DNA from: a virus
Lineage: Duplodnaviria; Caudoviricetes
DNA: 64,000 nucleotides
IMG/VR virus record: IMGVR_UViG_3300020050_010385
Location: 1-64,000 of that record
Reading direction: 5' to 3' (one strand)
Under the pieces are notes generated by a model. It saw only the letters and a program-made list of their open reading frames with translations, made no database searches and was not told the DNA's origin. Positions 6,957 through 17,066 of the stretch are shown piece after piece; within the stretch, counting starts at the first letter, position 1; the number at the start of each line of letters is the position of its first letter. The position numbers were made by a program, and so were the translations under genes.

Positions 6957-9151
6957 GCGACCCTCCTTTTAATAACTAATTTTTGTCTTCTTGGATCGCC
7001 TAAACCAGTTTTAGCTCTTTTTAAAATAACTTTGTGGTTGTTTCTATTCAATTCTTCTTCAGTCTCATAAAGTCTTGCTGTTGTAATGATGGACCTCATT
7101 TTGTCTGAAACACGGTAATAATGTTTTCGGCCTTCTTTCTGCCTATTGAGCATGTCAAGCATAACCATATCTTCAAGAAAGCAATGAACCGTATAAGCCG
7201 TGTACTTACTTCCTTCTTGAATCACGTGCTTAATAGGCTCGCGATCCGAATCTTCTTTATTTAGAAGCCACACTTTTCTCAGAATTTCTTCGTCTCGTTG
7301 GTTAATAGTATCAAGCGCTATTCTTCTAATTAACGGAAGATCCTCAAGCGTAGCTTCTTCACGCCCGTAAAGAAAAGCCCGATAGACAGCAATATTACTA
7401 ATCATTTTTGCAAATCTTATTCCAGTTTCGCTGTAAGGAGCAGACTTGATATAGTCTCTACGAAACTTATCCCGACTAACAACTCCACGCATTGCAGCCA
7501 CGTAAAGGGATATGCCTTTTACAGCCTCCTGAAGTTCAGGACTTAGCTTTGGAAGTTTAATTCCTTCCTCAGCCTTCTTCATTATGTTTTTAACGCAGCT
7601 ATAAACCATCCGAGCGCAACGATCTTCGTCTGCCTTAAAGGTTTCTCTGGAAGACGATGAAATAGCTTTATCAATAGCGCCTTCGGCAAAGGCTAAATCA
7701 TTGCTGCGCCCAATGTTAAGCTTAGCAAACCGCTCACCTAAAGCTTGATTTGTTACAGCCTCATTGTAAATATCGTCTGTAACTGCGGCCAATAGCCCAA
7801 ATCTAAGTTTTGTGTAATTACGAGTTACGCCATTTCCAAAGCTTTTAGAGGTATATCCATCATACCCATCTCTAAGCTGTGCATTGATTTCCATCTTTTC
7901 TGACTCTGGCATAGAAGTAACAGTTGAAAAATCTTTAATAATGAGAGACATTCTATTGCCGTCCAGCTTAGCAAAAACCGACGGATCGCCTCTTTTTGTT
8001 TCCATTCCAGAAACTAAAGCATGTGTAGTTACGGAGCTAAGAGAATACCCTATTTCTTCGTAAGGCTGACAAAGATATTTAAGGCCATTAATGACTTGAG
8101 TTTTTCCAGAAGAGGGCGGTGCAACTAAGAACATCCAGACCGGATCCGTATCAAACATATTGGAAATCATGATTATTATTGCAAGCTCAATGCTCATGTG
8201 GTTTGGCTCATGAAGTAGCTCGTCATAAGACCTAAGTACGTCTTGAATAGTTATGGAAGGGTCAACCTCGGGCGCCTTATTCTCTTCTAGCATTGCTTCA
8301 ACTTCCTGGGTAATAGAAGTCCTTGGCTTTGGCTTAAGCAACGCGCTAAGTAACCTAAAGCAGCGTTTTGGAGTATTTTTTAAAACGCCATATCTTATTA
8401 TAAAATCTCTTGAGTCAAATCCGTTAGGTTTTCCGGCTGGCCAATGGCAAAACTGTAATTGCTTTGCCGTTTTACTAAGCCTATCCAATACAATCATTTC
8501 TCCTTTTAAGCCTGCTTCGTCATGGTCATATAATACGGAAACGACTTTGCCCTTAAAAAACTCGGCCCACTCGGGTTTGAAAGTGCCTGCACCCGGAGAG
8601 CAAACCGCCCTACCCATTTTTTTTGCAGCATCAAGAAGCCACTGTACTGCAATGGTATCCCACTCACCCTCGCAAATATATACCGACTGAGGGTTGACTT
8701 TGACGAGCTCAGAAAGGCCAAACAAACCAGTCGATCTCCCAGCGGTAGATATAACCTTGCCTCCGATTCTGTATATTCTAAGATCAACCAGCTTTCTGTC
8801 AGCCCCGCGGACTGCAATAGTATAATGTCCAGCATATCCAAGTTCGACCCAATTAAAAGCGCATTTTGGCAATCCTCGATCTTCTGCAAGAGCTTCAATA
8901 TGCTCTGGGGTAATTTGTTGAATGTTTCGCTCATTGATTTTCTCCAGGAATTTTTGGGAATTTCCTGAGGAAGAACAAACTTTGCAATCCCACAAGAGTT
9001 TTTCCCAGTTAATGTAAAAGTGCTTCTCTTTCATGCAAAATGGACAATCACCAACTACCTGCGTGTCTGCCAATGATCTTAAATTAACTCCGTGCATCGT
9101 AAACATTTTAAGCTTCTTAAACCTGTCTTCTGTCAAATCTAGTTCACTCAT
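6953..9151 (-). CDS. Primase-helicase fusion (Zn finger + TOPRIM + AAA+)
   Basis: CPFC..H...CKVC; ICEGEWD, YDHDEAG; APPSSGKT Walker A, IIKD Walker B, ERF. Confidence 0.85.
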   Translation of the reverse strand: MSELDLTEDRFKKLKMFTMHGVNLRSLADTQVVGDCPFCMKEKHFYINWEKLLWDCKVCSSSGNSQKFLEKINERNIQQITPEHIEALAEDRGLPKCAFNWVELGYAGHYTIAVRGADRKLVDLRIYRIGGKVISTAGRSTGLFGLSELVKVNPQSVYICEGEWDTIAVQWLLDAAKKMGRAVCSPGAGTFKPEWAEFFKGKVVSVLYDHDEAGLKGEMIVLDRLSKTAKQLQFCHWPAGKPNGFDSRDFIIRYGVLKNTPKRCFRLLSALLKPKPRTSITQEVEAMLEENKAPEVDPSITIQDVLRSYDELLHEPNHMSIELAIIIMISNMFDTDPVWMFLVAPPSSGKTQVINGLKYLCQPYEEIGYSLSSVTTHALVSGMETKRGDPSVFAKLDGNRMSLIIKDFSTVTSMPESEKMEINAQLRDGYDGYTSKSFGNGVTRNYTKLRFGLLAAVTDDIYNEAVTNQALGERFAKLNIGRSNDLAFAEGAIDKAISSSSRETFKADEDRCARMVYSCVKNIMKKAEEGIKLPKLSPELQEAVKGISLYVAAMRGVVSRDKFRRDYIKSAPYSETGIRFAKMISNIAVYRAFLYGREEATLEDLPLIRRIALDTINQRDEEILRKVWLLNKEDSDREPIKHVIQEGSKYTAYTVHCFLEDMVMLDMLNRQKEGRKHYYRVSDKMRSIITTARLYETEEELNRNNHKVILKRAKTGLGDPRRQKLVIKRRVA

Positions 9152-11049
9152 TTTAATTCCTTTGCTTCGGCCCAAGTTGTAAAAGTTATTTTGCACCCAA
9201 CAGGAATGTCCACCGGCAGCCCAACTTTTTTGCTGTCTCTTTGCATTTCTTTTTGTACTGCTGATATAATTTCATTCCTGTATTTTTTGTCCGCATGTTC
9301 AGATACTTCTACAACAAGTTCATCGTGAATAGTTAAAACCATTTTAGCTTCCCACGATTTGGTAGCCCTTAACAAGGGGCCTATTCTACAAATGGCTCTT
9401 TTGATCATGTCGGCACACGGACCTTGAATATCGTAGTTTACAGCTTTATAAGCAAATCGTGGATCTAAATAGTATCTACGCCCAAAAACATTTTCTATCA
9501 TTCCCGCTTTTTCTGCCATTCTAGTTTTTCTTTCTACGTACTGACTTACACCAGGAAGTCTGCGATCAAATTCGTCTATAATATCTTGAGCTTCTTCGCG
9601 TGAGCATCCAAATAGCGCTGCTCCTGCTTTGGCTGTTCCCCCGTATTGTTTTAAAAACATTGTTGTTTTTCCTTTTTTACGGTGTATTGTTTTTCCAGGT
9701 TTCCAGTCTGGCAGATGCCCCCATACCTGGTTGCCTACAGCTTCATGAACATCTTTACCTTGTAATAGCGCTTCCATTAAGATTTTATCTCTGGCTTGAA
9801 ACGCAAATAGCCATACTTCCATTTGGCTATAGTCTAAAAGATACCAAACATGGCCTGGTCTAGGACCCATAGCTTCGCGCGGCTTAAGCTCAATATCAGC
9901 TTTCTTTTTTACACTATCTGGGGAAGCTACTTGCTGAAGATTGGGGTCCGCGCATGACAGCCTGCCAGTAACTGTAGCTTGACGAAAATTTGGGTGTAAT
10001 AACCAACACTCCTCGTCTTTGGCCATAAATCTCTCATAAGAATTTATAAACTTTTGAACCATAGACTCTGAAGCCTTGTACTCCAAAACCGCTTTAGCTA
10101 ATGGATCTTTTTCCGATAAACGTAGAAGCTCGTCATTGTCAATGCTTGGAGCGCCTGAGTCCGTCCTATTGTATACTCTGTTGCCGCGCTTCTTAACAAA
10201 CAACTCTACCATTTGCTTTGGGGAATTAACATTAAGATCTTTTGCGCCAAGCTTCTCCATTTTCTCTTTCCATTTAGCTGAATACGCGCCATAAAACTTT
10301 CTAAGGCTTAATAAATTTTCTGGAAAACAATTGACTCCATTAGCCTCCATTCTATAAAGCTCTTTCATTACCGCTATTTCACCTTCATAAACAGGCTTCA
10401 AAGATGGAGTTTTTTCTAATTCTTCAGATAACCCCGCAAATAATGGCATTGTCATTTCAAGATCTTCAAGCGCATACTCCATTAAAACATTTTTATCCGC
10501 CAACCAATAATCTGATCTCCAATGTTCTTTTGTGCCGTGGGTTTCTTCGTTAGCAATATTCCATTTTAGTTTCTTAGCTTGAAGCCGCGCTTTTTTTGTG
10601 CTATCTTCAAGAGCTTTCTGTTTAGTATTATCCATTTCTAACCACTGTAAAGATAAGTTTTTAAGACCGTAAGAAAACAAAGACCCACCCGTTAAAACAT
10701 GGGCCAAGAATTGTGTATCATGTACTTTTGTCCAATCAAATTTTATTCCAGAAAGTCGCGTCATCCTAATATCAAAAGACAAATTATGGCCAACCTTTAT
10801 AATTGCTGGGTCGCCAAGAATTTCTGACATTGCCTTTAGATCCCTGGAAACAATATTAACTTTACGAGTTGTGGGGTTTACTTCCCAACGAATAAAGGCA
10901 GAATTACCGTGTAGGTCTTTAAAGGCAAATGCAAAAGGTCTAGCGGGACACATAGCGTATTTGGTATAAATTGCACTTTTCCAAGGGTTTAACCCTGTGG
11001 TTTCGGTATCGTATGCTATAATTGGGCCTTTTAAAGACGATAATGACAT
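9148..11049 (-). CDS. DNA polymerase family A (3'-5' exo + pol)
   Basis: DTETTG, HNLSFD, TGRLS..PNLQQ, DYSQ.E, IHDEL. Confidence 0.95.
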   Translation of the reverse strand: MSLSSLKGPIIAYDTETTGLNPWKSAIYTKYAMCPARPFAFAFKDLHGNSAFIRWEVNPTTRKVNIVSRDLKAMSEILGDPAIIKVGHNLSFDIRMTRLSGIKFDWTKVHDTQFLAHVLTGGSLFSYGLKNLSLQWLEMDNTKQKALEDSTKKARLQAKKLKWNIANEETHGTKEHWRSDYWLADKNVLMEYALEDLEMTMPLFAGLSEELEKTPSLKPVYEGEIAVMKELYRMEANGVNCFPENLLSLRKFYGAYSAKWKEKMEKLGAKDLNVNSPKQMVELFVKKRGNRVYNRTDSGAPSIDNDELLRLSEKDPLAKAVLEYKASESMVQKFINSYERFMAKDEECWLLHPNFRQATVTGRLSCADPNLQQVASPDSVKKKADIELKPREAMGPRPGHVWYLLDYSQMEVWLFAFQARDKILMEALLQGKDVHEAVGNQVWGHLPDWKPGKTIHRKKGKTTMFLKQYGGTAKAGAALFGCSREEAQDIIDEFDRRLPGVSQYVERKTRMAEKAGMIENVFGRRYYLDPRFAYKAVNYDIQGPCADMIKRAICRIGPLLRATKSWEAKMVLTIHDELVVEVSEHADKKYRNEIISAVQKEMQRDSKKVGLPVDIPVGCKITFTTWAEAKELK

Positions 11050-11112
11050 TGATTTTTCCTTTGGGATTTTAGAATGCGCGTTGATGTGCAGTCGCGCCCC
11101 TGCCTGTGCTTT

Positions 11113-12006
11113 TTACTTCTTCTTTGCTGTTTTCTTAGCTGGTGCTTTTTTGGTTGCTTTAGCCACGGCTTTTCCTTTCGTTGGTGTTACTTTTTTTGCT
11201 TTTGATGGTTTTTCTTCTTCTTCCTCTTCTTCCTCGGATTCGTCTTCTTGATCCTCTACCTTGGGGATAGATAGACGGTCAACAGCGATTCCTTTGAAGT
11301 TTGTTTTCCCTGCTTTAACATCAACTGTGCCTTTTTTTTCATCAATGGCAGTTATTTCTCCAGACACTTTTTCGCCTTTCTTTGAGGTAAACTCAACAGT
11401 TATCCCAACGTCAAGCTGAACGTCATCTTCTTCTTCAGACTCCTCCTCAGACTCTTCTTCTGATTCTTCTTCGTCTTCTGATTCTTCAGATTCCGATTCT
11501 TCTTCATCGTCATCTTCGTCATCATCTTCGCTTTCTTCATCATCACTCAAGGCATTTTCGCCAGCATCAATTTCAGAAATAACCGTATCAAGATACGTAA
11601 ACTGTCCACTGTTTCCGGTTTTTAAACTAATCTTGACTTCTGGTTTTTGATCGTCAATCAATTTAGCAACTTCTGGAAGCTGTTCCAAATCGTCCAAGTC
11701 AATCCCAAACTTGCGAAGGTCACGGATCAAATATGCTGGACCATCTTCTTTTTCAACGTTGCACCATTTGCTGGCTTTGGCGCCAACAAGGCTTTCATCT
11801 TCGGCGCTCTCAGTAATCTCAAAAATAAATACTAAGTGCATTTCGCCTGCGTTTGAGTTTTTGATTTCGCAGCTAGCAACTTTAGCCAAGTATTTGCCGT
11901 CAGGAATTTCGGCAAATCCGCCAAGTTCATCTGCGCGCTTTTTTTCCTTTGAGAAGTTTTTGTTAAACTTTGCCAACTTTGCTTTCATTTTTGCATCAAT
12001 ACCCAT
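11113..12006 (-). CDS. Probable SSB (DUF669-like) with acidic linker and C-terminal small beta domain
   Basis: IPDGKYLAKV N-terminus; position between AAA ATPase and Pol. Confidence 0.6.
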   Translation of the reverse strand: MGIDAKMKAKLAKFNKNFSKEKKRADELGGFAEIPDGKYLAKVASCEIKNSNAGEMHLVFIFEITESAEDESLVGAKASKWCNVEKEDGPAYLIRDLRKFGIDLDDLEQLPEVAKLIDDQKPEVKISLKTGNSGQFTYLDTVISEIDAGENALSDDEESEDDDEDDDEEESESEESEDEEESEEESEEESEEEDDVQLDVGITVEFTSKKGEKVSGEITAIDEKKGTVDVKAGKTNFKGIAVDRLSIPKVEDQEDESEEEEEEEEKPSKAKKVTPTKGKAVAKATKKAPAKKTAKKK

Positions 12007-12021
12007 TTGATTCTCCTTTTT

Positions 12022-12870
12022 TTACTTGCGTTTAATAACAAGTTTTTTTGGTTGAGCAACCGCCTCTTCACGAGCGATTTGCAGTTTATTATTAAAAGCG
12101 GCAACAAAGTTCCTATATGCTTCACGAGGATTATTCCCCATTGGTATTCGGTCAAGAGGTGTACCATCCGTATCAAGAAAATGTCCCTCTACCCGATTAC
12201 CTGCATCAACTTCGTCTGAGCCGCCTATGATTAAGTATCGTCTCTTCCCATCGTACTCGTAGTTTGCCCAAATGTCTACCAAGCCTTCAAGAATATCTTT
12301 GGCTTGCCCTGCCATTGAAGCCCCTACCTTATTAAAAGTGTCTCCTTTTCTTGTTTTAAACTCCTCGTCCTTGCTATGGCTTATGAATATAATTCCTTTT
12401 CCAGAGTGAAGCAGCTCAGTTACCCATGCCTGAAACTCAGCCCGCACCGCTTTCCAGCCTTTACCATAACCTTCATCTGAAGGGTGGTCAATAACCATCT
12501 TTTTGCAGATATACTCCATGCAAAACTCATAAGCATAATCTGCAGTATCAATAGAGGCAGTTTTAAAGCGATCGTCTTTAATAAATAATCTTGTGTACTC
12601 GCGCAGCTCCTTCCAATTGCGACAAGGTACCTGATACATTTCCTGAGCTTTTCCACCCGGCTCACACATCATTCCTAACATCCCCTCAAACTGAGCCGTA
12701 AAAGAAGTTTTACCTATTTTCTTTTTACCGTACATCAAAATCGAATAGTCTTGAACCTCATCCGATCTCTCAGACTTATGCTTTGGCAAGCTAAGCTTAC
12801 CAATTGGCTCTTCAGCTTTTTCAATTCTTTTACTGCTTTTTTTATTGCCTTTTAGTATTTTAATAGCCAT
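12022..12870 (-). CDS. AAA_24/Sak4-like ATPase
   Basis: YGKKKIGKTS, SIDT, GYGKGW, IFISH. Confidence 0.85.
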   Translation of the reverse strand: MAIKILKGNKKSSKRIEKAEEPIGKLSLPKHKSERSDEVQDYSILMYGKKKIGKTSFTAQFEGMLGMMCEPGGKAQEMYQVPCRNWKELREYTRLFIKDDRFKTASIDTADYAYEFCMEYICKKMVIDHPSDEGYGKGWKAVRAEFQAWVTELLHSGKGIIFISHSKDEEFKTRKGDTFNKVGASMAGQAKDILEGLVDIWANYEYDGKRRYLIIGGSDEVDAGNRVEGHFLDTDGTPLDRIPMGNNPREAYRNFVAAFNNKLQIAREEAVAQPKKLVIKRK

Positions 12871-12881
12871 TTGCTTCTCCT

Positions 12882-13862
12882 TTATAGGTCCTCAAGTTCT
12901 TTGAAGACTACTTTTCTTTTTGCCAAAGAATTAAACTCATCTCTTCCACACACGGGCAGATACAAGCACTTGCCGTATTTGCCAATACACTCATAAGTAT
13001 TTTTATAGTGCGGAGCCAAGCCTTTCCACCAATTCCACATATCCTGAAGAAGAGAGGTTAACTCGGCTTTGAAGGCCAACAACTCTTTCTCAGATGTTGG
13101 GCTTTCCATGCGCATGAAGTAAAACTCTGGCCGCTTCTCAACGTCTTTCTTTACGCGCTTGGCATATTGAACTACTGTTTCACTGGTATTCATTCTTAGG
13201 GCTGTTCGTCTAATAACATTATAAAGACAGCCTCTAGGCACTGGACTTGAGGTGCCTCCCCAAGTTTCTAAAAGATAAAGCATAACTTGAGTTTCAAAGC
13301 TTAAAGTTTCCGATATTCCTCCTTCATCGATCATAGCTTTAAATTTAGTTTCAAAAAGCCATGTCCCTTTTGTCCCTTGAAAAGTTCCGTCTTTTTTTCC
13401 TCTTAGCGGAATGCTAACTTTTTTACCATCTGCCCCGACTATCGGTAACCACATAACCCACTTCTCTTCCAGAGAAAGCCATTTCTTTTTAGTAAAGTCG
13501 TCTCTCCAATAGTCAAAGTAAAGCGGAAGCACAACTTCCATGACTGCCAAGGCCTTGTCCACCATTACCCTAGCTTTTGTATCAAGCCGCACATGCTCTT
13601 GATTCCACATCTTCTCAACTATATCAGTGTACTTTCTAATACTTTTTTCAGACGGAGGGGAGGTAAGTTTTCCGGCTTTTACGTCCAAATAGGCATACTC
13701 TAAAACCGCATGGCCAACGTTCCCGTCAACTAACGCTTCTTTAGCATACCTACTTTCCCATCCCTGGAGGTAAAATCGGGCCTTTTGACGGCAAGACAGC
13801 CACATAGAAATAAGGCTTTGCGTCACGCCATCGCGTTCCATCTCGTAAAAAGTCTTGCTCAT
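12882..13862 (-). CDS. PD-(D/E)XK (Cas4/AddB-like) exonuclease
   Basis: C..G...H..LE, GKKD, ETK, terminal Cys cluster. Confidence 0.8.
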   Translation of the reverse strand: MSKTFYEMERDGVTQSLISMWLSCRQKARFYLQGWESRYAKEALVDGNVGHAVLEYAYLDVKAGKLTSPPSEKSIRKYTDIVEKMWNQEHVRLDTKARVMVDKALAVMEVVLPLYFDYWRDDFTKKKWLSLEEKWVMWLPIVGADGKKVSIPLRGKKDGTFQGTKGTWLFETKFKAMIDEGGISETLSFETQVMLYLLETWGGTSSPVPRGCLYNVIRRTALRMNTSETVVQYAKRVKKDVEKRPEFYFMRMESPTSEKELLAFKAELTSLLQDMWNWWKGLAPHYKNTYECIGKYGKCLYLPVCGRDEFNSLAKRKVVFKELEDL

Positions 13863-14037
13863 TTCAAAGCCTTTTGTGCGGCGGCTTTTTTAGCCTGCCC
13901 TTTACGAGAAAGCTTATTTGCACAAACTATACAAAGATTTGTTTTTTTCATAAAACGATTTCTTAATGTTTTGCAATTTATGCAAATTAAAGGCATATCA
14001 TATTTCTCAGAAACTTCTTTATTCCATTTGCTTTTGC

Positions 14038-15114
14038 TCATTTGGCTTCTCCAATTTGTAATGCTGCTATTGCCGGTAATTCGCCTGCTGCTATTGCTTC
14101 AATTTCGCCATGCATACTAGCTAGATTAAACGTTACCATAGAAATTTGTTTTTCGCGCTTTGCCCAGACTTTCTCCATAGCTCTTCTTTCAGAGTCTAAA
14201 TCAGCCTTCATAGTTCTATACGATTCAACAATCCCTTCAATCCTTCCTTTAAACTCAAGACCAGTCATATATTCGTAAACTAAAACTGCCTTGTCTTTCT
14301 TTCCAGCCTGTAAATACTTTTCTTTAGCCGCTCGCATAAGGCCTTGACGAATAGCATGAGCCAAAGGAATACAATTTCCTGGAGAAGAAACCCAGACACT
14401 TTCCACTTCACCAAATTCCTCTAAACCTTTAGGAAGGGTCTCAGTTGCAATCAAACAAACGTCGGCTTTAGCATTTCGAGCATCGGCTTTGATCTTAGTA
14501 ATCCAGCCGTCTGACCAAGCTTTAGTCCTCTTTATTTCCCAAAGCATTCTTCCGCATTCTGTGCCGGCCTTATTCTTAAAAATATGCAAAATATCCCCAC
14601 CTTTGATTCCAGGGGATACAGGGTCAATCACGTCAAAAGGAAACTGAATCCTAAGCATTTCCTCAAGCTCAGCCTCAAACGTTTCGCCTTGGGCCTGTTG
14701 AGAGCCTTGCTCCATGCGTCTTTTAAGTTCCTCAACTTGTGCCAGTGTGTCTGCTAACTTTTTGTCTTTCTCAGAATCTTTAGCGCGATGATCCTCAACT
14801 ATTCTGGCAGAAACTCTGGCCTCTATGCTTGCCTTCTCTTGTTCGAGCTTACGTTGAACCTCTAGGTCTATGTCCTTGGCTTTTTGCTCAAGTTCGGTCT
14901 TTTGCTTACGCAATGACAATTCGTTAGCATTAGCTTTGTCAAGCTTTTCCTGAAGAGAAATAACGCTTTCGTTAGCCTCCTTAAGGATTTTATTTTTTTC
15001 AACAGCTAATCTTTTGGCCAGTTCTTTTTCAACACCCGCCTCCATTTTTTTAGCCATGGCCTTGTCAAGCTCAAACTCTTCACCGCAACTTGGACATTTA
15101 ATTAAATCAGACAT
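14038..15114 (-). CDS. DUF2130-family coiled-coil protein
   Basis: IKCPSC, GSQQAQGE..E..LE, EIKRTKAWSDGWI.K.K.D. Confidence 0.85.
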   Translation of the reverse strand: MSDLIKCPSCGEEFELDKAMAKKMEAGVEKELAKRLAVEKNKILKEANESVISLQEKLDKANANELSLRKQKTELEQKAKDIDLEVQRKLEQEKASIEARVSARIVEDHRAKDSEKDKKLADTLAQVEELKRRMEQGSQQAQGETFEAELEEMLRIQFPFDVIDPVSPGIKGGDILHIFKNKAGTECGRMLWEIKRTKAWSDGWITKIKADARNAKADVCLIATETLPKGLEEFGEVESVWVSSPGNCIPLAHAIRQGLMRAAKEKYLQAGKKDKAVLVYEYMTGLEFKGRIEGIVESYRTMKADLDSERRAMEKVWAKREKQISMVTFNLASMHGEIEAIAAGELPAIAALQIGEAK

Positions 15115-15133
15115 TTTTTTTCTCCAGAAATTT

Positions 15134-15288
15134 ACAGGGTTGACAGGATTTTTACCTGCTGGCGATTTTGGTGATGCTCAAGTATAGGTTCGGTATCCTA
15201 CGACCTACTGCTTTATGTGACTTTTTGCATTCTCCGGCAGTTCGCTTAATCTGCCTATATTTTGCGGGTTCATCCCGCCACAACCCTG
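15134..15288 (-). ncRNA. tRNA-like element with ~100-nt central insert
   Basis: 8-bp terminal stem CAGGGTTG/CAACCCTG, D-like arm GCGGG/CCCGC, T-like arm GCAGG-TAAAAAT-CCTGT. Confidence 0.55.
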
Positions 15289-15294
15289 CTTATT

Positions 15295-16056
15295 TTACTT
15301 TTTATTTTTAGACGCCTTTTTCTTGGCACTGTAAGCCTTAAGCTTTGCCTTAGTCTCTTCGCTCATCGTAACCTTGGGCTTAGCCGGACGATCACTTTTT
15401 GCACGCACTGCCTTAACCTTGCCACTTGGCACATTTTTCTGGCCTTGAAGCTTACCGGCATTGTACATGCAGCGGTAAGATGCCACGTTCTTAAGCGTCG
15501 GCAACGACCCAGTTTTTCCCTCAATTGCTTTAGCAATCTGCTCATCAGTTAACGCTGACACAGCTTGCCCTGCAAAGATTTCAAGATAAAATGCACTTAC
15601 GCCTTGTCGCACTTCTTTTTTGTTTGCTTTCACTTTTTTGTTTCCCATTTTCACTTCTCCTTGTTTTTTACTTTCCATTATAATCCCCATAAACTTGCTC
15701 ATTCTTTGAGTCATTCTATCAACTCTAAATTCTCTGATTGCTTGCAAGTTTTGAAGAACTGATTTTGGCATTGGAATTCTTGCCTCTATATAAGCGCTAG
15801 CTTGCAGCTCGTACCCTATGCGGGTCTGCAATAACTCGGCGTCAACCTCGGGAATTTTTATATCACAAACTGTTGGCCACCATTTTCTAATTACTGTATA
15901 CTGTAAAGACCAATTGTCTGCGCTTGCCCATTCTTTTTGAAACTTGTATAATAGTGAAAAATCAAGATTGCTTGAAAAGCTCAAGCTGGGTTTGATTTCT
16001 GGAATAAACTCTGCAATCTTTTTTATCGGCTTTTTTCTCTTCAGAAACAATGGCAT
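15295..16056 (-). CDS. Basic DNA-binding protein (HTH-like, NUMOD3-like MSEETKAK); possible internal start 15648
   Basis: Lys-rich C-terminal half; RBS before MGNKK. Confidence 0.5.
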   Translation of the reverse strand: MPLFLKRKKPIKKIAEFIPEIKPSLSFSSNLDFSLLYKFQKEWASADNWSLQYTVIRKWWPTVCDIKIPEVDAELLQTRIGYELQASAYIEARIPMPKSVLQNLQAIREFRVDRMTQRMSKFMGIIMESKKQGEVKMGNKKVKANKKEVRQGVSAFYLEIFAGQAVSALTDEQIAKAIEGKTGSLPTLKNVASYRCMYNAGKLQGQKNVPSGKVKAVRAKSDRPAKPKVTMSEETKAKLKAYSAKKKASKNKK

Positions 16057-16380
16057 GGCCTTTCCCCTTTTCTATAACTTTAAACTCTTTAAACAAACAT
16101 TTGGGATTTTTATTCAGGCAGCGCGTGAAGACACATTTAGCCCCATCACTTTTTCGAGTGTAGAGCCTTTGTGTAATAGATTTTTCTCTGCAGGTATAAC
16201 AATAGTGAAGCATCTCGCACGCCCTTTGTCGATCCGGTCTGGAGAAGTCTGGGCGTGCGACCCGTACCATTTCTGGCTGACTTCGTCCAGCCGGATCATT
16301 TATTAATCCGCACTAGATTTAATTGAATAAATGTATATTAGACTTGTATTTGTAAGTTGTATACCAGTAATTAAACTATT

Positions 16381-16632
16381 TTACCCGCGACTTTTTTTCT
16401 TAAGTATTGCTCTTTTAGCTGCATATTCCCGATCAGTTGACATTCCTTCAAGCCCAAAACGGAAAGCCACAACTTTATCATATATCGACTGCAACCACTG
16501 ATGCTGCGCGGGAGTAAGAGTTTTTTCTTTTGCCAGAATTCCTGCGCACTCCACAATAAACTGAAATTCTTTATGAGTAAAATCTGCTTTATGCCAATCC
16601 ATTAAGACAGTCATAAGGTCAACGGCTTTCAT
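16381..16632 (-). CDS. Hypothetical protein
   Basis: ORF coupled to deaminase stop; LTPAQ..WL..IY motif. Confidence 0.5.
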   Translation of the reverse strand: MKAVDLMTVLMDWHKADFTHKEFQFIVECAGILAKEKTLTPAQHQWLQSIYDKVVAFRFGLEGMSTDREYAAKRAILKKKSRG

Positions 16633-17066
16633 ACAGTTTCTCCCCAAAGAGTTACTGGAATTTCGGCATGCTGAAGTACATTCCATCCACCGTCAATATT
16701 TAATTCCTTAACCCTAACTTCTTTTACTCCGACGTTAATCAAAGCCCTGGCACAATCTACACACGGCGCATAGCTGCAATAAAGAATTGAGTCTCTAAGA
16801 GCAGTCCCGCGTTTAGCGGCCTGACAAATTGCATTAATCTCAGCATGTATATTTCTTGTGCAAGGAGAGCCACAAGTCCCTGGTTGATACCCCATAGAGC
16901 CGGTTTTAGCATCACAATGGTTAAATCCCCTTGGCGGAGCGTTATAACCAGTTGCCAGGATCTCGTAGTCGGTATTTACAAACACGGCCCCCACTTTCCG
17001 CTTGAAGCAATCCGACTTAGACTTTACAACGTCGGCTATAGCGCAGAGATATTCATGCTTTGTCAT
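16629..17066 (-). CDS. dCMP deaminase
   Basis: GYN, HAE.NA, PC..C. Confidence 0.9.
   Translation of the reverse strand: MTKHEYLCAIADVVKSKSDCFKRKVGAVFVNTDYEILATGYNAPPRGFNHCDAKTGSMGYQPGTCGSPCTRNIHAEINAICQAAKRGTALRDSILYCSYAPCVDCARALINVGVKEVRVKELNIDGGWNVLQHAEIPVTLWGETV

Noticed and set aside
12882-13862. Cas4-like nucleases (also 55707-56615) as a CRISPR system
   Set aside because: No repeat-spacer array or other cas genes seen; these are typical phage recombination exonucleases.
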